A DNA stretch of 64,000 bases, from positions 288,001 to 352,000 of the forward strand of contig CAVZRV010000011.1 of NCBI GenBank assembly GCA_963777605.1. The letters run 5' to 3'. Position numbers and translations under genes: made by a program. Position 1 is the stretch's first letter. Each line of letters begins with the position of its first letter. The notes beneath the pieces are model-generated. The model ran no database searches and had not been told where the DNA came from. It saw only the letters and a program-made list of their open reading frames with translations. This stretch comes from an uncultured Acidobacteriota bacterium. Its GTDB lineage: Bacteria > Acidobacteriota > UBA6911 > RPQK01 > JAPXNP01. Below are positions 29,798 to 40,812 of this stretch, one piece after another.

Positions 29798-31519
29798 TTA
29801 GCGGTCATCTCCAGGATGCCCGGGAACGACGGTACCCGCCTCCCTCTCGATGCCCACAACGTCGGGGTCCTTGTCGATGCGCAGATAGACATCCATGCTC
29901 GTGCGCCATTCCGGCGCTTCCTCGGCCCGCGTTCTGATTCGTACCATCAAGATTCGGGCGGAAGAGTCGGGTATCGCGACCATGGTGCTGGAGGATTCGC
30001 CTCCTTCATGGGGTTGAGACAGGGCGCCCGTTTCGTTGTTCAACTCAAACCACTCGTACTCATAAGCATCGACTGAGGCAATCGCCCGCTCTTCTCCCAG
30101 ATTCCGGAAGGTCAGAGACCGTCCCTCGATCTTGAAATCATCCAGGGGGTTCACCTGCCGGTAAGCGTACTGGACGATCCGGTCCCGCCGCTGCTTGAGA
30201 ATCCTGGAAAGCAGCTCCCCAGCCGCGGGGTCCCGGTAATGAGCTTCACCGACGATCGCGTCGATTCGGGAATCGGAGAAGCGATCGATGATTCGGGCCG
30301 CCCAGAAAGCGTCCTCGGGAAGCATTCGGGAAAACGCCGGGTTGGGGTACTCGGGAACCCAGGACTCAGGCTGAAAGTGGTCGCCTTCAATCCGGCCCAA
30401 TTCCGGGAATTGCAGGGAAGGGTACGGGATCTTCATCCAGGGCCGGTACCAGAATCCCAGCGAAACAGCGGTCTTCAACGTCCAGTCCGGATTGCCCACA
30501 AGATAATGCTCATGACCCGATCGGGCATCCTTCGGAACCGGTCGATCTTCGAAGTCTCGCCCACTCCCAAGCGCGCCCGAGAAATCGGCAAGAAAGTGTT
30601 TCAGGTACCTGTTCTCCCCGTCCGAGTACCACAGGTCACGGGTGACCATCGCATCGCAGTAGCTAAAGTTGAGCCAGGCGGCAAACAGCCGCATTCCACG
30701 AAGTTCGCGTCGGTTCTCGTGCAGGTACAGATCGTTGGGATCGTCGCTCCGACGACCGTGGAACTGGAACTCGCCGACAAACGATCCATTCGGTCCAAGA
30801 CCGGCAGAACCGGCACCCCGCGGCAGGTGAATGGCTACCGCCCGGTAATCGCCGTTTGCCAGGTGAGCCGCCCGTTCCAGCGTGAGATCGACGTACTCCT
30901 GGGTCATCGGAGAAGTCTTCCCCTCCAATTGCAGAATCCGGGCGGTTGGGCTCACTGGAATCCGGGAGGGGTCGATTTCGATCAGGTAGCTCGGCAAGAC
31001 GTGATAGCCGGCAGCATGAAAGACCCGGTTGGCAACTGTGCTGGCCCCGGTAACCAGACCCGGATGTTCCCTGGGATCGAGGATGAGGTAGTAGAGTTCC
31101 CCTCTTCCGTCCCGGACGATCAGGCCTTCCGAGAGCGAGAGCAGCGCCGCCCCGACAAAGGTTAGGCCTCTCGCCGCTTCCGGCCCTCCCGTCATGTCGT
31201 TGCCCCGGGCGATTTGGTCGATGCTCATCGCACGCATTCCGAGCCGGTTTTCGAACCAACTCGAATCGGGGACTTCACCGAGCGTGTTGACATTTTGTGC
31301 CCGCACGAGGGGACCCTTCGCCTCGTGCCCAAAGGTGTTGGTCACGAAGTCCCAGGTCGGACCCAGTTCAACTCGCTCCGGTTTGTTGATGTTCAGGTTG
31401 TCGGGATCACTATGAATCGGATCGTCCGCCAGAAACCTCTGGGCCATCGTCGCCCAGCAGAAGAAACCCGAGAGGGCGACCATCGCGGGGAAGATTCGAC
31501 AGAATCGAACGGCGCTCAT
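29798..31519 (-). CDS. Exported hypothetical protein, putative degenerate kinase-like fold; Omp85 partner
   Basis: 573 aa; signal peptide; DDP..., NVNTLGEVPDSSWF.NR, HENRRELRG, ADFSGALG, PNPAF...DAFWAAR; 8-nt gap to the Omp85 gene. Confidence 0.7.
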   Translation of the reverse strand: MSAVRFCRIFPAMVALSGFFCWATMAQRFLADDPIHSDPDNLNINKPERVELGPTWDFVTNTFGHEAKGPLVRAQNVNTLGEVPDSSWFENRLGMRAMSIDQIARGNDMTGGPEAARGLTFVGAALLSLSEGLIVRDGRGELYYLILDPREHPGLVTGASTVANRVFHAAGYHVLPSYLIEIDPSRIPVSPTARILQLEGKTSPMTQEYVDLTLERAAHLANGDYRAVAIHLPRGAGSAGLGPNGSFVGEFQFHGRRSDDPNDLYLHENRRELRGMRLFAAWLNFSYCDAMVTRDLWYSDGENRYLKHFLADFSGALGSGRDFEDRPVPKDARSGHEHYLVGNPDWTLKTAVSLGFWYRPWMKIPYPSLQFPELGRIEGDHFQPESWVPEYPNPAFSRMLPEDAFWAARIIDRFSDSRIDAIVGEAHYRDPAAGELLSRILKQRRDRIVQYAYRQVNPLDDFKIEGRSLTFRNLGEERAIASVDAYEYEWFELNNETGALSQPHEGGESSSTMVAIPDSSARILMVRIRTRAEEAPEWRTSMDVYLRIDKDPDVVGIEREAGTVVPGHPGDDR

Positions 31520-31527
31520 AGCAACTC

Positions 31528-32901
31528 CTAGAAAACCGGGGCAAACCGAAACTGAAGCCGGGTGCCCTCGTTGCCCCTGGCGACATCCACACGAAGAACC
31601 GTCGAATCGGTCGTCTTGAATCGAAAACCGGCACCAAAGTCACTCTTCAGCGTGTCGAGGTCGAGGCGCTCACCCCGGTTCGCGACGGTTCCGGTCTCGC
31701 CGAAAAGTGCCAGTTCGAATACCCGGGAAGCCTCCCAGCGATACTCGCCCTGAAGCAGCATCAACTTGTCTCCCTGAAACCGAAAGGAGTCATAGCCCCT
31801 GAGTGATTCGCCCCCACCCAACGACGGTTGGAGAAAAAATGGAACCTGGTTCCCTTCTCCGGGGTCGGAATCGACGAAATAGCCCCTTAACGCAACCACC
31901 TGCTGTCGGGATCGGATCGGAAGATATCCCCGGACATCGGCAGCAAAACGGTTGAAATTGAACTGGTCCAACCCGTTCGTGTTGTCGAACCGGTCCCAGC
32001 CAAACGCGACGGAGGACCCTCGATGGGGCACTCGGGGGTGATCCCGGAAATCGAGCAGGAAGGCGTGACGGAGGATGAAATAGTCGGGAGTATCCAGGAA
32101 TCCAGGGAGGTCGACCAGGGGAAAGCGCGCTTCGACAGGTGGATCGCTTCGAGGAACCGCCAGGGTGTTGCCGAGAAACCCGAGCCTCAACGTGTAGCCG
32201 ATCCGCCGGGTAAACTGGTACCCGGTCACCCCTTCCGCAAGTTGGTCTTTGACCCGGTAGCGCGACTGGTTGTCCTTCAGCGAATCCGGCCCGGGCCCGA
32301 AGAACGACTCGTCCGTCCGGTCTCGCCAGCGCAGGTTGGCGTACAGCTTGAACCGGCTGAAGCTCTCCTGTCGAAAATCCCCAAGCTCTTCTATCCCTTC
32401 CGTTTCGAACTTGCGGGAGGGCATCCGCCTTCCCCGGTTCGGGATCAGGCCGAACTGGAGATCGTAGAGCTGGTACCTGCGCCAGGAGTAGAAAGCAGAT
32501 CCCATCACGTCCAGTGAGCCAACAGCACCCGGCTTCCAATAGCGAATACCAAGGGCAGGACCTGATCCGCGCGCTATCCAGTCAACCCTTGGGTGAAATC
32601 CCCGGAAGTTGGCGTCTTCGATCGACTGACTACCCTTCTGGTCGAACCGCTTCAGATACTTCTTCAGTAGCGAATCAGGTGGTGGAGGTTTGACCTCTTT
32701 CCTCCTCGCCTCCCGCTCCTTTCTCAGTCGATCGATCCGGGTCTGCGGTGACGAATCCTGCGGGGCCTGCTTGCGGGATGTTTCCGATTCTGCCTGCGAA
32801 GAGGATTGGGCAGCCGCCATCGATGAGGCGGCCAGACAGATACCGACTATCAGTACCATTCGTTTCGGGATGAGTCTGCAATTTTGAAATCTTCTTCTCA
32901 T
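31528..32901 (-). CDS. Omp85/BamA-TamA-family outer-membrane protein, barrel only
   Basis: 457 aa; signal peptide; LGGGESLRGY loop-6 motif; DFGAGFRF; C-terminal Phe; no room for POTRA repeats. Confidence 0.85.
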   Translation of the reverse strand: MRRRFQNCRLIPKRMVLIVGICLAASSMAAAQSSSQAESETSRKQAPQDSSPQTRIDRLRKEREARRKEVKPPPPDSLLKKYLKRFDQKGSQSIEDANFRGFHPRVDWIARGSGPALGIRYWKPGAVGSLDVMGSAFYSWRRYQLYDLQFGLIPNRGRRMPSRKFETEGIEELGDFRQESFSRFKLYANLRWRDRTDESFFGPGPDSLKDNQSRYRVKDQLAEGVTGYQFTRRIGYTLRLGFLGNTLAVPRSDPPVEARFPLVDLPGFLDTPDYFILRHAFLLDFRDHPRVPHRGSSVAFGWDRFDNTNGLDQFNFNRFAADVRGYLPIRSRQQVVALRGYFVDSDPGEGNQVPFFLQPSLGGGESLRGYDSFRFQGDKLMLLQGEYRWEASRVFELALFGETGTVANRGERLDLDTLKSDFGAGFRFKTTDSTVLRVDVARGNEGTRLQFRFAPVF

Positions 32902-33211
32902 CTGTTTTGCGACCCGTCAGGTCTCCCCATTCGGTACCCGACGAAGACCAAAGCCTCATTCCCCGCCAACTGCTGAGCGCCCTGAAGTCTGGAATCCAGG
33001 GTCCGGAGTCAGAGCTTGGCATGCACCTGCGGATTTCTGAGTCAGGGCACTCGCTAGCATTATACGGACAGCGTAACTTAAAGAGCTAGAAACCCAAGAG
33101 GGTTCACCACCCGGTAAATCCGCAAGCTGGGAACCCAGCCGACGATAATTTGGTTCCATGCCCAACCGGTGAAGCAAGGCGCATTACAATCTGATAGTTT
33201 GTATCCTGATT

Positions 33212-33240
33212 TTGGCTGGAGGCCCGCACCTGTGAAAGCT
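33212..33240 (+). promoter_or_regulatory. Putative promoter of the efflux operon, leaderless
   Basis: TTGGCT-N17-AAAGCT, 6 nt before the ATG at 33247. Confidence 0.35.
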
Positions 33241-33246
33241 CTTTCG

Positions 33247-34530
33247 ATGTTGAGGCTGATTCCACTCCTCGCCATATTCGGCGTCACAGTTGCACAGGGG
33301 CCACCGCGCCGGCTCAGCTTGGAAGACTGCATTGTGCTCGCGGAATCGGCGCCTTCGTCGATTTCCGCTTCCCAACTGGAACTGGAAGCCTCTGGTTACG
33401 CCTTGACCCGTTCTCGTGCCGCCTTCCTGCCGCAGGTCCAGGTTCAAAACGACGTCACGTACAACAACCCACAACGAACCGGTGATCCTTCTGTTCAGAG
33501 TTTCGTCGCGCTCAACGGGATTCGGGAGTACCTCACCGTAGTCAATGCCCAGGTCGAACTGGACACTTCGGGTCGTCTGCGCGCCGATCACGCGCGCGCC
33601 GGCGCCGATCGGGACGCGGCTTCCGCACGGCTGCAAATTGCCCGGAACACCCTGAAGCAGCAGGTAACGATATCCTATTACGGATTGCTTGGCGCCCGCC
33701 GCCTGCACGCAGTGGCGCTTCAGTCGCTCAATGAAGCCCGTGATTTCGAGTCACTCACAAGGCGGCTCAGCGAAAGGGGTGAAGTCGCCCGGGCCGACCT
33801 CGTTCGGGCTTCTGCCGAAACCGCGTTTCGCGAACAGGCCGCACGGACGGCGGCACTCGACGCGGCTTCCGCCAACCGCACGCTCGCATCATTCTGGACC
33901 GCCGAGGTGGACGAACCGGTGCCTATCGAGGACTCCCTCGAAACCCTTCCCGACCCGCCCACGCCGCCCCTGGAAAACGCACCAGGGGACGAGGCGCCCT
34001 ATTTCGTACGGCCCGAGCTCCATCTTTTCGATGCCGAGATCAGAGGATTCCAGGCCGACGCCCGCAGGTCTCGGGCGGACCTCTTCCCCCAGGCTAGCCT
34101 GGTTTACCAGTACGGACTCGATTCCAACCGCTGGGCTATTGCGGACCGGGGTTACGCCCTCTTTTTCAACCTCAACATCCCCGTTTTTGACTGGTTCAAA
34201 GCGCGCAGCGGGTATCGTCAGGCGAGTCTGACCGCAGCCGCCACGACCGAGCGCAGGCAAATGGCCGAGCGCGAATACTCTCGCCAGTACCTCGACGCAC
34301 GCGACCGGGTTAACACCCTTTTCGATCAGATCCCCATTGCGAGGGAACAGGTCAGCCTCTTCGAGGAGGACCTGCGCCTCAGCCGCCTTCGATACAAGGC
34401 GGGGGAGGGCTCTGCTCTCGACGTGGTAACAGCACAGGGTCGCCTTGCCGACGCGAGGATCAACCTCCTCAACACGTTGAAAGGTTTCTGGACTGCGAAG
34501 GCCGACCTGGAGGCGGCGATGGGCAAATGA
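33247..34530 (+). CDS. TolC-family outer-membrane efflux protein
   Basis: LSLEDCI, FLPQV, duplicated OEP repeat, LNIPVFDW, RYKAGEGSALDV. Confidence 0.88.
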   Translation: MLRLIPLLAIFGVTVAQGPPRRLSLEDCIVLAESAPSSISASQLELEASGYALTRSRAAFLPQVQVQNDVTYNNPQRTGDPSVQSFVALNGIREYLTVVNAQVELDTSGRLRADHARAGADRDAASARLQIARNTLKQQVTISYYGLLGARRLHAVALQSLNEARDFESLTRRLSERGEVARADLVRASAETAFREQAARTAALDAASANRTLASFWTAEVDEPVPIEDSLETLPDPPTPPLENAPGDEAPYFVRPELHLFDAEIRGFQADARRSRADLFPQASLVYQYGLDSNRWAIADRGYALFFNLNIPVFDWFKARSGYRQASLTAAATTERRQMAEREYSRQYLDARDRVNTLFDQIPIAREQVSLFEEDLRLSRLRYKAGEGSALDVVTAQGRLADARINLLNTLKGFWTAKADLEAAMGK

Positions 34531-35756
34531 GAACCAGCTTGATACTTGGACTGCTCCTTTCACTTGCCGCCTGCTCTTCGACCGATCAAGAAGCTCCGAG
34601 TCCACTGGTTCAAGTGCGGGTAGCGCCCGTCAAACGGACCCGGATTGAACGCAAAATCGAGGCTCCGGCAACCCTTTATCCAGCTATGGAGGCGACGATA
34701 TCGGCGCGCCTCACCGCCCCGGTCGAAACGATGCCCGTGCAAAAAGGAGATGCCGTTGCCAAAGACCAGGTTCTCCTCTTGCTCGATGCCAGCGACCTCG
34801 AAGCCGAGCGAGCCGAGGCCGAATTTGCGGTGGCTGACGCCGAAGCCAACCTGCACAGGCTGCAGAGTGGAACTCTCCCGGGAGACCTGGAACGGGCGAA
34901 GGGGCAGGTTGAGTCAACCGAAGCCGTCTTGAGCCAGGCCCGCGATACTTACAACCGGCGCAAGGAACTGTATTCCGAAGGAGCCATCCCCCAGAAAGAC
35001 TTCCTCACCAGTGAGACCGCACTTCGCCAGGCGGAGGTCGATTACCAGAATGCCTCCCGGGCGCTGGACCTTCTCGAGAACCAGACCAGTAATCAGGACA
35101 TCAAAATCGCGAAGTTGCGGCGCGATCAGCAGCAGGCCCGCCTCGACCTGATCACGACTCGACTTCAGTTTGCCCGGATCCGCAGCCCCTTCGGCGGCTT
35201 CGTCACCGAGCAGTTCGTCTACCCGGGAGACATGGCTCAACCCGGCACACCGCTCGTGAAGGTATCCGACCTTTCGAGCCTGGTAGCGCGGGCCCAGGTC
35301 CCGGACTCGTCGGCGTCGCCCATCGACGTGGGCCAGGACTGCAACTTCGCGGCGGTCGACTTTCCCGACCAGGCACTGTCGGGAAAAGTATCGGTGGTCA
35401 ACCGGGCCACTGATCCGGTCCGCCGGACCGTCGAGGTTTGGTGTGAGCTCCCAGACCCACCCAAAACGGCCCGCGCCGGATGGTATGGACAAGCCACGTT
35501 CCTTCTCGGAGCCGAGACCGGCCTGGTCGTCCCCAAGTCGGCCGTCCAGTTCGTCGAAGGCACCCACAAGGGAACCGCGATGGTCGTCGACAGCAACGAG
35601 GTTGCCCATTCCAAAGAAGTGGAAACCGGCTTGGTGTTCGACGACGAGGTGGAGATTCTCAATGGACTGTCGGAGGGCGATAACGTCGTCACCGAGGGCG
35701 GCTATGGCTTGCCCGACGGCACCCAGGTCCGACCGGCCAAGGCAGGTTCGAAGTGA
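34527..35756 (+). CDS. RND efflux periplasmic adaptor (lipoprotein)
   Basis: LAAC lipobox; VQKGDAV; IRSPFGGFV; GLSEGDNVVTEG; ATGA overlap. Confidence 0.9.
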   Translation: MRTSLILGLLLSLAACSSTDQEAPSPLVQVRVAPVKRTRIERKIEAPATLYPAMEATISARLTAPVETMPVQKGDAVAKDQVLLLLDASDLEAERAEAEFAVADAEANLHRLQSGTLPGDLERAKGQVESTEAVLSQARDTYNRRKELYSEGAIPQKDFLTSETALRQAEVDYQNASRALDLLENQTSNQDIKIAKLRRDQQQARLDLITTRLQFARIRSPFGGFVTEQFVYPGDMAQPGTPLVKVSDLSSLVARAQVPDSSASPIDVGQDCNFAAVDFPDQALSGKVSVVNRATDPVRRTVEVWCELPDPPKTARAGWYGQATFLLGAETGLVVPKSAVQFVEGTHKGTAMVVDSNEVAHSKEVETGLVFDDEVEILNGLSEGDNVVTEGGYGLPDGTQVRPAKAGSK

Positions 35757-38700
35757 ATCTGCCCGTCGGAGATTTTGTTGAACGCCACTGGCGGGCCCTC
35801 CTGATCGTCTGTCTCTGCTTCGCGCTGGCCGGAATCATCTTTGTCTTCCAGACCCCGATTGCGATATTTCCACAGACAGACTTTCCCCGCATCGTCATCC
35901 TGGTGGACAGCGGGATCAATCCGGTCGACGTCCAGATGCTCTCCGTGACCCGACCCGATCGAAGAAGCGGTCCGCATGGTTCCCGGGATTACCGATGTCC
36001 GATCGGTCACCGGACGGGGATCATCCGAGATCAGTGTCTTCTTCCGGTGGGACGTTGACATTTTCAATGCCCTTCACCTCGTCCAGGGTCGAATTTCCCA
36101 GTTACTCCCGGAACTCCCGTCCAGTTCCCGTTTCTACATCAACCGCCTGACCTTCTCGGTCTTCCCCATGATCGGGTTCAGCATCACTTCTCCCCAGCGC
36201 TCTACGTCGGAACTGTGGGACCGTGCCTATTACGACCTCGTCCCCCGGCTCTACAGATTGCCCGGGATCGCCGAGATCAAGATCGTCGGCGGGAGACCCT
36301 CGGAATACCATGTCGTCGTCGATCCGGAGAAACTGAACAGCTACCAGTTGCCGTTAACCCAGGTTGTCACCGCAATCCGTGACAGCAACCTGATCGCACC
36401 GGCCGGAATGGTTGAAGACAACTACCACCTTTACCTTTCGGGTGTGAACGGCCTGGTTCACGAACCGTCTCAAATCGGGGAAATGGTGGTCGCGACCCTT
36501 GCCGGAACTCCGGTGCGCATCAAGGACGTCGCCATAGTGCAACCGGGGGAGAAACCGGTTTACAACATCGTGACCGCCGATGGCCGACCGGCTGTTCTGA
36601 TCAACATCATGCAGCAGCCGGACGGAAACGCTATCGCTATCGCCGACAGCGTGAAAGCGGAGATGGAATCGATCCGCAGTTCGCTTCCGCCCGATATCCA
36701 GCTCGCGGTCTTCTACGATCAGTCTCTTCTCGTCAGGGACTCTATTTCCGGTGTCGCCGAGGCGATGCTGATCGGGCTTCTTCTCTCGGTGCTGGTCCTT
36801 CTCGCCTTTCTGAAGAACTGGCGGACCACTCTGATCGCTTCGCTGGTGATTCCGGTTGCCATGCTCGTTGCCGTCGTGTTCATGAAGCTCTTCCAAATGA
36901 GCTTCAACCTGATGACCCTCGGCGGGATGGCTGCTGCAGTTGGTGTCGTCATCGACGACGCCATCGTCATGGTGGAAAACATCACCGTCCACCTCGCCTC
37001 GGGCCAGTCTCCCCTGGAAGCTTCCAAGAACGCCATCCAGGAACTCACGCCGGCGCTGATCGGTTCGACCCTGACGCCGATTGTCGTGTTTGCCCCCCTG
37101 ATCTTTCTCGGAGGGATCACGGCGGTATTCTTCCGCGCGCTTGCGTTGACTCTCTCCACGGCGCTGCTGGCCTCCCTCTTCCTGGCCATTTTCGTCACTC
37201 CGGTTCTGGCATCCCGACTGCTCAAACAGACATCGGTGATCGGCACTGCGACCTCGGGTGACGAGATCCACGTTGGAGAAGGGAAAATCCTCCGTTTCCT
37301 GAACGGCAAGTACGAGCGGACCCTCCACTGGAGCCTCGACCACACCCTGGTGATCGTGACGCTCTCTCTGCTCATCTTCGGGGGATCGGTCGGTCTGTAC
37401 CTCACGCTGGGAAGCGGGTTCCTTCCGGAAATCGATGAGGGGGCCTTCGTACTCGACTACGTCATGCCTCCGGGCACTTCCCTTACGGAAACGGACCGTG
37501 TCCTTCGCCACGTCGAGGAGATCCTCCGGAACACCCCGGAAGTGGAAAGCTACTCGAGACGGACCGGGGCGAGGCTTGCCCTGGCCATTGCCGAACCGAA
37601 CACGGGAGATTTCCTGGTCAAGCTGAAGTCGCAGAGATCCCGGGGCCTGGCCGAAATCACCGACGACTTGCGCCGGCAGATCCTCCAGTCGGAACCAGCT
37701 CTCGAAGTCGAGTTCCCCCACATCCTGGAAGACCTGATCGGAGACCTGACATGGTCTCCGGAACCGATCGAAGTGAAGATCTACCAGGATAACGAGAACC
37801 TCGCCGACGAAGCTGCCAGGAAAGTGGAGGAATGGCTTCCGTCGGTGCCGGGAGTGGTCGATGTCGTCGATCAGAATGTCGTGATCGGCCCGTCAGTCAA
37901 CTTCCGAGTTGACCTGGACAGGGCCGGACGCGCCGGGTTCACAGTGCGCGATGTGGCTGACATCGAATCGGCAGTCGTCGATGGAACGGTGGCGTCAACA
38001 ATGATCCAGGGAACCCGGGAGAAAGCGATCCGGGTTCGCTACCCAACCCGGTACCGCAAGTCATTCGACTCCCTCGAGAGCCTGCTGGTCACCTCCCCGA
38101 CCGGGAACACCCTGCCCCTTTCGAGCATTGCGCATCAGGTCAACGAGCCGGACCAGCGCGAAATCCACCGCGAGAACCTGCGTAACATAGCCCAGGTGAC
38201 GGCACAGCTTTCGGGACGGGATCTGGGTTCGGCGATGAGCGAAATCCAGCGGCGGCTCCCCCAGGAAGTTGAGCTGCCGGCCGGAACCGAAATCGGCTAC
38301 GGCGGCCTCTACCAGCTGCAGCAGGAGTCGTTCCGCGGACTCCTCCAGGTCCTGCTCCTGTCGATCCTGCTCATCTTCGTGATCCTGGTCTTTGAGTTCC
38401 GGTCCTTCTCCCACCCGATCGCCATCCTGGTTGCGACGCTGCTGTGTAGTTTCGGGGCCCTGCTCGCACTTCACCTCACGGGATCCACCCTGAACATTTC
38501 CTCCATCATGGGAGCCATCATGGTGGTCGGAATTGTGCACAAGAACGGAATCCTCATGCTCGACGCCGAGGGGCACTTCACCGAGGAAGGGCATCCACTG
38601 AAGGAAGCGATCTTTCTCGCCGGAAGACGCCGCCTTCGCCCCATCCTCATGACAGCCCTGGCCACCATCTTCGGGATGCTTCCGCTGGCTTTCAGGGTCG

Positions 38701-38825
38701 GTTCCGGGGCCGAACTGCTCTCGCCTCTGGCAATCGCGGTCATTGGCGGCGTGGCAGTTTCGATGCTCCTGTCTCTTGTGGTCACCCCGATTCTGTTCTA
38801 CCGTCTCAGAAAGTGGGGACTGTAG
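35753..38825 (+). CDS. RND efflux permease (AcrB/CusA-like); +1 frameshift at about 35954-35956
   Basis: FPQTDFPRIVI, MTLGG..GVVIDDAIVMVEN, RLRPILMT. Removing one C from CGACCCGATC gives VTRPIEEAVRMVPG and joins the two track ORFs. Confidence 0.9.
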
Positions 38826-38845
38826 ACAATTTCCTGGAGAAGCCG

Positions 38846-39706
38846 ATGGACAATCCGGACACAGCCGTGCTGCTTCTTTCCTGCAGGGATCGATCGGGCC
38901 TGGTTTCGCGGATCTCCCACTTCATTTTCGAACGCGGAGGCAACATCGTCGATCTGGCCGAACATGTCTCCCGCAGCGAGGAGATCTTCTCCCTCCGGGT
39001 CGCCTGGGAACTGGACCACTTCTCGATTTCGGCGGACGAACTGGACGATGCCTTCGCTCCTCTGGCCCGGGAATTCCGTGCCGACTGGAAGATTTACCGG
39101 AGGAAGGATCTCTCCAATGTCGCCGTCTTTGTCTCCAGGTACGACCATTGTCTTCAGGACCTGTTGTGGCGTCACCGCGCAGGTGAGCTTCCGTGCCGGC
39201 TGAAACTCATCGTTTCCAACCACCCTGACCTCGAGCCCCTGGCGCAGTTCTTTGCGATCCCTTATCACGTGTCTCCAAAGTCTCCCGAGACGAAGCCAGC
39301 CCAGGAAGAGTGCGAACTGGGGCTCCTGGAAAAGCACGAGATCGACACGATCGTTCTCGCCCGCTACATGCAGGTTCTCTCCTCGGAGTTCGTCGGCCGC
39401 TATCCCAGCCAGGTCATCAACATCCACCACTCTTTCCTGCCCGCCTTTGCGGGAGGCAATCCCTACCGGCAGGCCTACGACCGTGGGGTAAAGATCATCG
39501 GGGCAACCAGCCACTACGCGACCGCCGAGTTGGACGAAGGACCAATCATCGAACAGGACGTGACGCGAGTCTCTCACCGGGACAGCGTCGAGGACATGGT
39601 GCGCAAGGGCCGTGATCTCGAACGGGTGGTCCTGGCCCGCGCCGTCAAAGCCCACCTGGAAAAACGTATTCTGGTGTTGGGCAACAAGACGGTCGTGTTC
39701 GACTGA
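38846..39706 (+). CDS. purU: Formyltetrahydrofolate deformylase
   Basis: ACT domain (SCRDRSGLV), HCLQDLL, VLARYMQVLS, INIHHSFLPAF, GVKIIGATSHY, DEGPIIEQ. Confidence 0.95.
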   Translation: MDNPDTAVLLLSCRDRSGLVSRISHFIFERGGNIVDLAEHVSRSEEIFSLRVAWELDHFSISADELDDAFAPLAREFRADWKIYRRKDLSNVAVFVSRYDHCLQDLLWRHRAGELPCRLKLIVSNHPDLEPLAQFFAIPYHVSPKSPETKPAQEECELGLLEKHEIDTIVLARYMQVLSSEFVGRYPSQVINIHHSFLPAFAGGNPYRQAYDRGVKIIGATSHYATAELDEGPIIEQDVTRVSHRDSVEDMVRKGRDLERVVLARAVKAHLEKRILVLGNKTVVFD

Positions 39707-39709
39707 ATC

Positions 39710-39798
39710 GGGAGTGGAGGGATTAGAGGGTTTAGAGAAGTTGGAGGGTTGGAGGAATGCCCCCTTCCGCCTCTCCAGTCCCTCCAGTCTCCCCAATC
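39710..39798. repeat. Inverted array of degenerate 9-mers downstream of purU
   Basis: GAGTGGAGG GATTAGAGG GTTTAGAGA AGTTGGAGG ... CTCCAGTCC CTCCAGTCT CCCCAATC; can fold into a long hairpin. Confidence 0.55.
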
Positions 39799-39925
39799 GC
39801 CTATTGCCTCTGGTGCCCAACCCCGGGGTAGAGTCTTTCCAAAAAAAGAAGCCAGATGGATTCCCCAATTGCCACTTCGAGGGGAGTCGGGAACGCTCGA
39901 TAATCACGGGCAGCAAGCCGGACGC

Positions 39926-40480
39926 TTAGGCCGCCGCCCCTGCTCGCGAGGAACCGATCTCCACCGGCAGAACCGGTGTTTCGTAGAGCGGACCCTCGGC
40001 GAGTTCAGCCGGAAAGTTCGGAAGGTGGCCAATCCGCGACAGGCTTCTCACAATTCTCAACGGCCTGCCCCAGTCGTCCCAGTCCACGTCCTGCATGTGG
40101 AGAAGTAGGATTCGAGGAGCTATTCGGGCGACAAGATGGGCAAGATGGGAAGGGAAATCAAAAGCTTGGCATCAGGGTCAGTGCTTCCGATATAGCTCAG
40201 ACCCAGGTGGATGGCGGCACCGGTTCCACGCGAGGATGGCTGCACGAGCACGTGACCCGGAAGGTCTCGGCTGAGAAATCGCTCATGGCCCGACCCGAGG
40301 ATGGTGACGACGTGCTCCGGGCGCACGATCGCAGTTGCCCGGTCGAGAGTGTGATCGAGCATGGTTCGCTGGCCCGAAAAAGCACGGAACTGCTTCGGGA
40401 TGTCCCGGCCGAGCCAACGGGTGACAAATGGCTGCAGCCGCGTCCCCTCGCCGCCAGCAAGGACTATGGCCCAATGAGTT
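39926..40480 (-). pseudogene. Mannose-1-phosphate guanylyltransferase-like remnant with the middle deleted
   Basis: HWAIVLAGGEGTRL...PKQF...QPSSRGTG, then a jump at about 40132-40149 to the C-terminal DVDWDDWGRPLRI...* in another frame. Confidence 0.7.
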
Positions 40481-40519
40481 CCGACTCTGCGTGATTGGCT
40501 CTGGATTATGGAAGGGGAG

Positions 40520-40812
40520 AGATTCGCAAAGATGGAAGTCAGGTGGTGACGGACCGTGGCCTCGCTGATGAAAAGGCGCGCCCCGATCTCCTTGTTGCGC
40601 AGCCCCTGGGCTACCAGCGGAATGATTTCGAGTTCGCCGCTGGTCAGCGACCGGATCCGCTCGGCGTCCGAATCCGGCGGGGCACTTCCGCGCCTTCGGA
40701 TCGTTTGAAGCACGCGCGCGGTCAATCCGGGACTGAGCCAGGCATCTCCGCGGCGAACCGTGTCGATGGCTTCGAGGAGGTCTTCGGTGGCCCGGTCCTT
40801 CAGAACCACCCC
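40520..40812 (-). pseudogene. NarL/LuxR response-regulator fragment
   Basis: GVVLK..LLEAI..V..G..WL, LTSGELEIIPLVAQGLRNKEIGARLFISEATVRHHLTSIF; lacks most of the receiver domain and the last HTH helix. Confidence 0.75.

Noticed and set aside
39710-39798. CRISPR array or tandem-repeat locus
   Set aside because: Units are degenerate 9-mers with no unique spacers; no array-like structure was seen anywhere in the window.
40120-40809. Novel LuxR-nucleotidyltransferase fusion protein
   Set aside because: Both parts are truncated mid-domain and neighbouring fragments show a deletion scar; reported as remnants instead.
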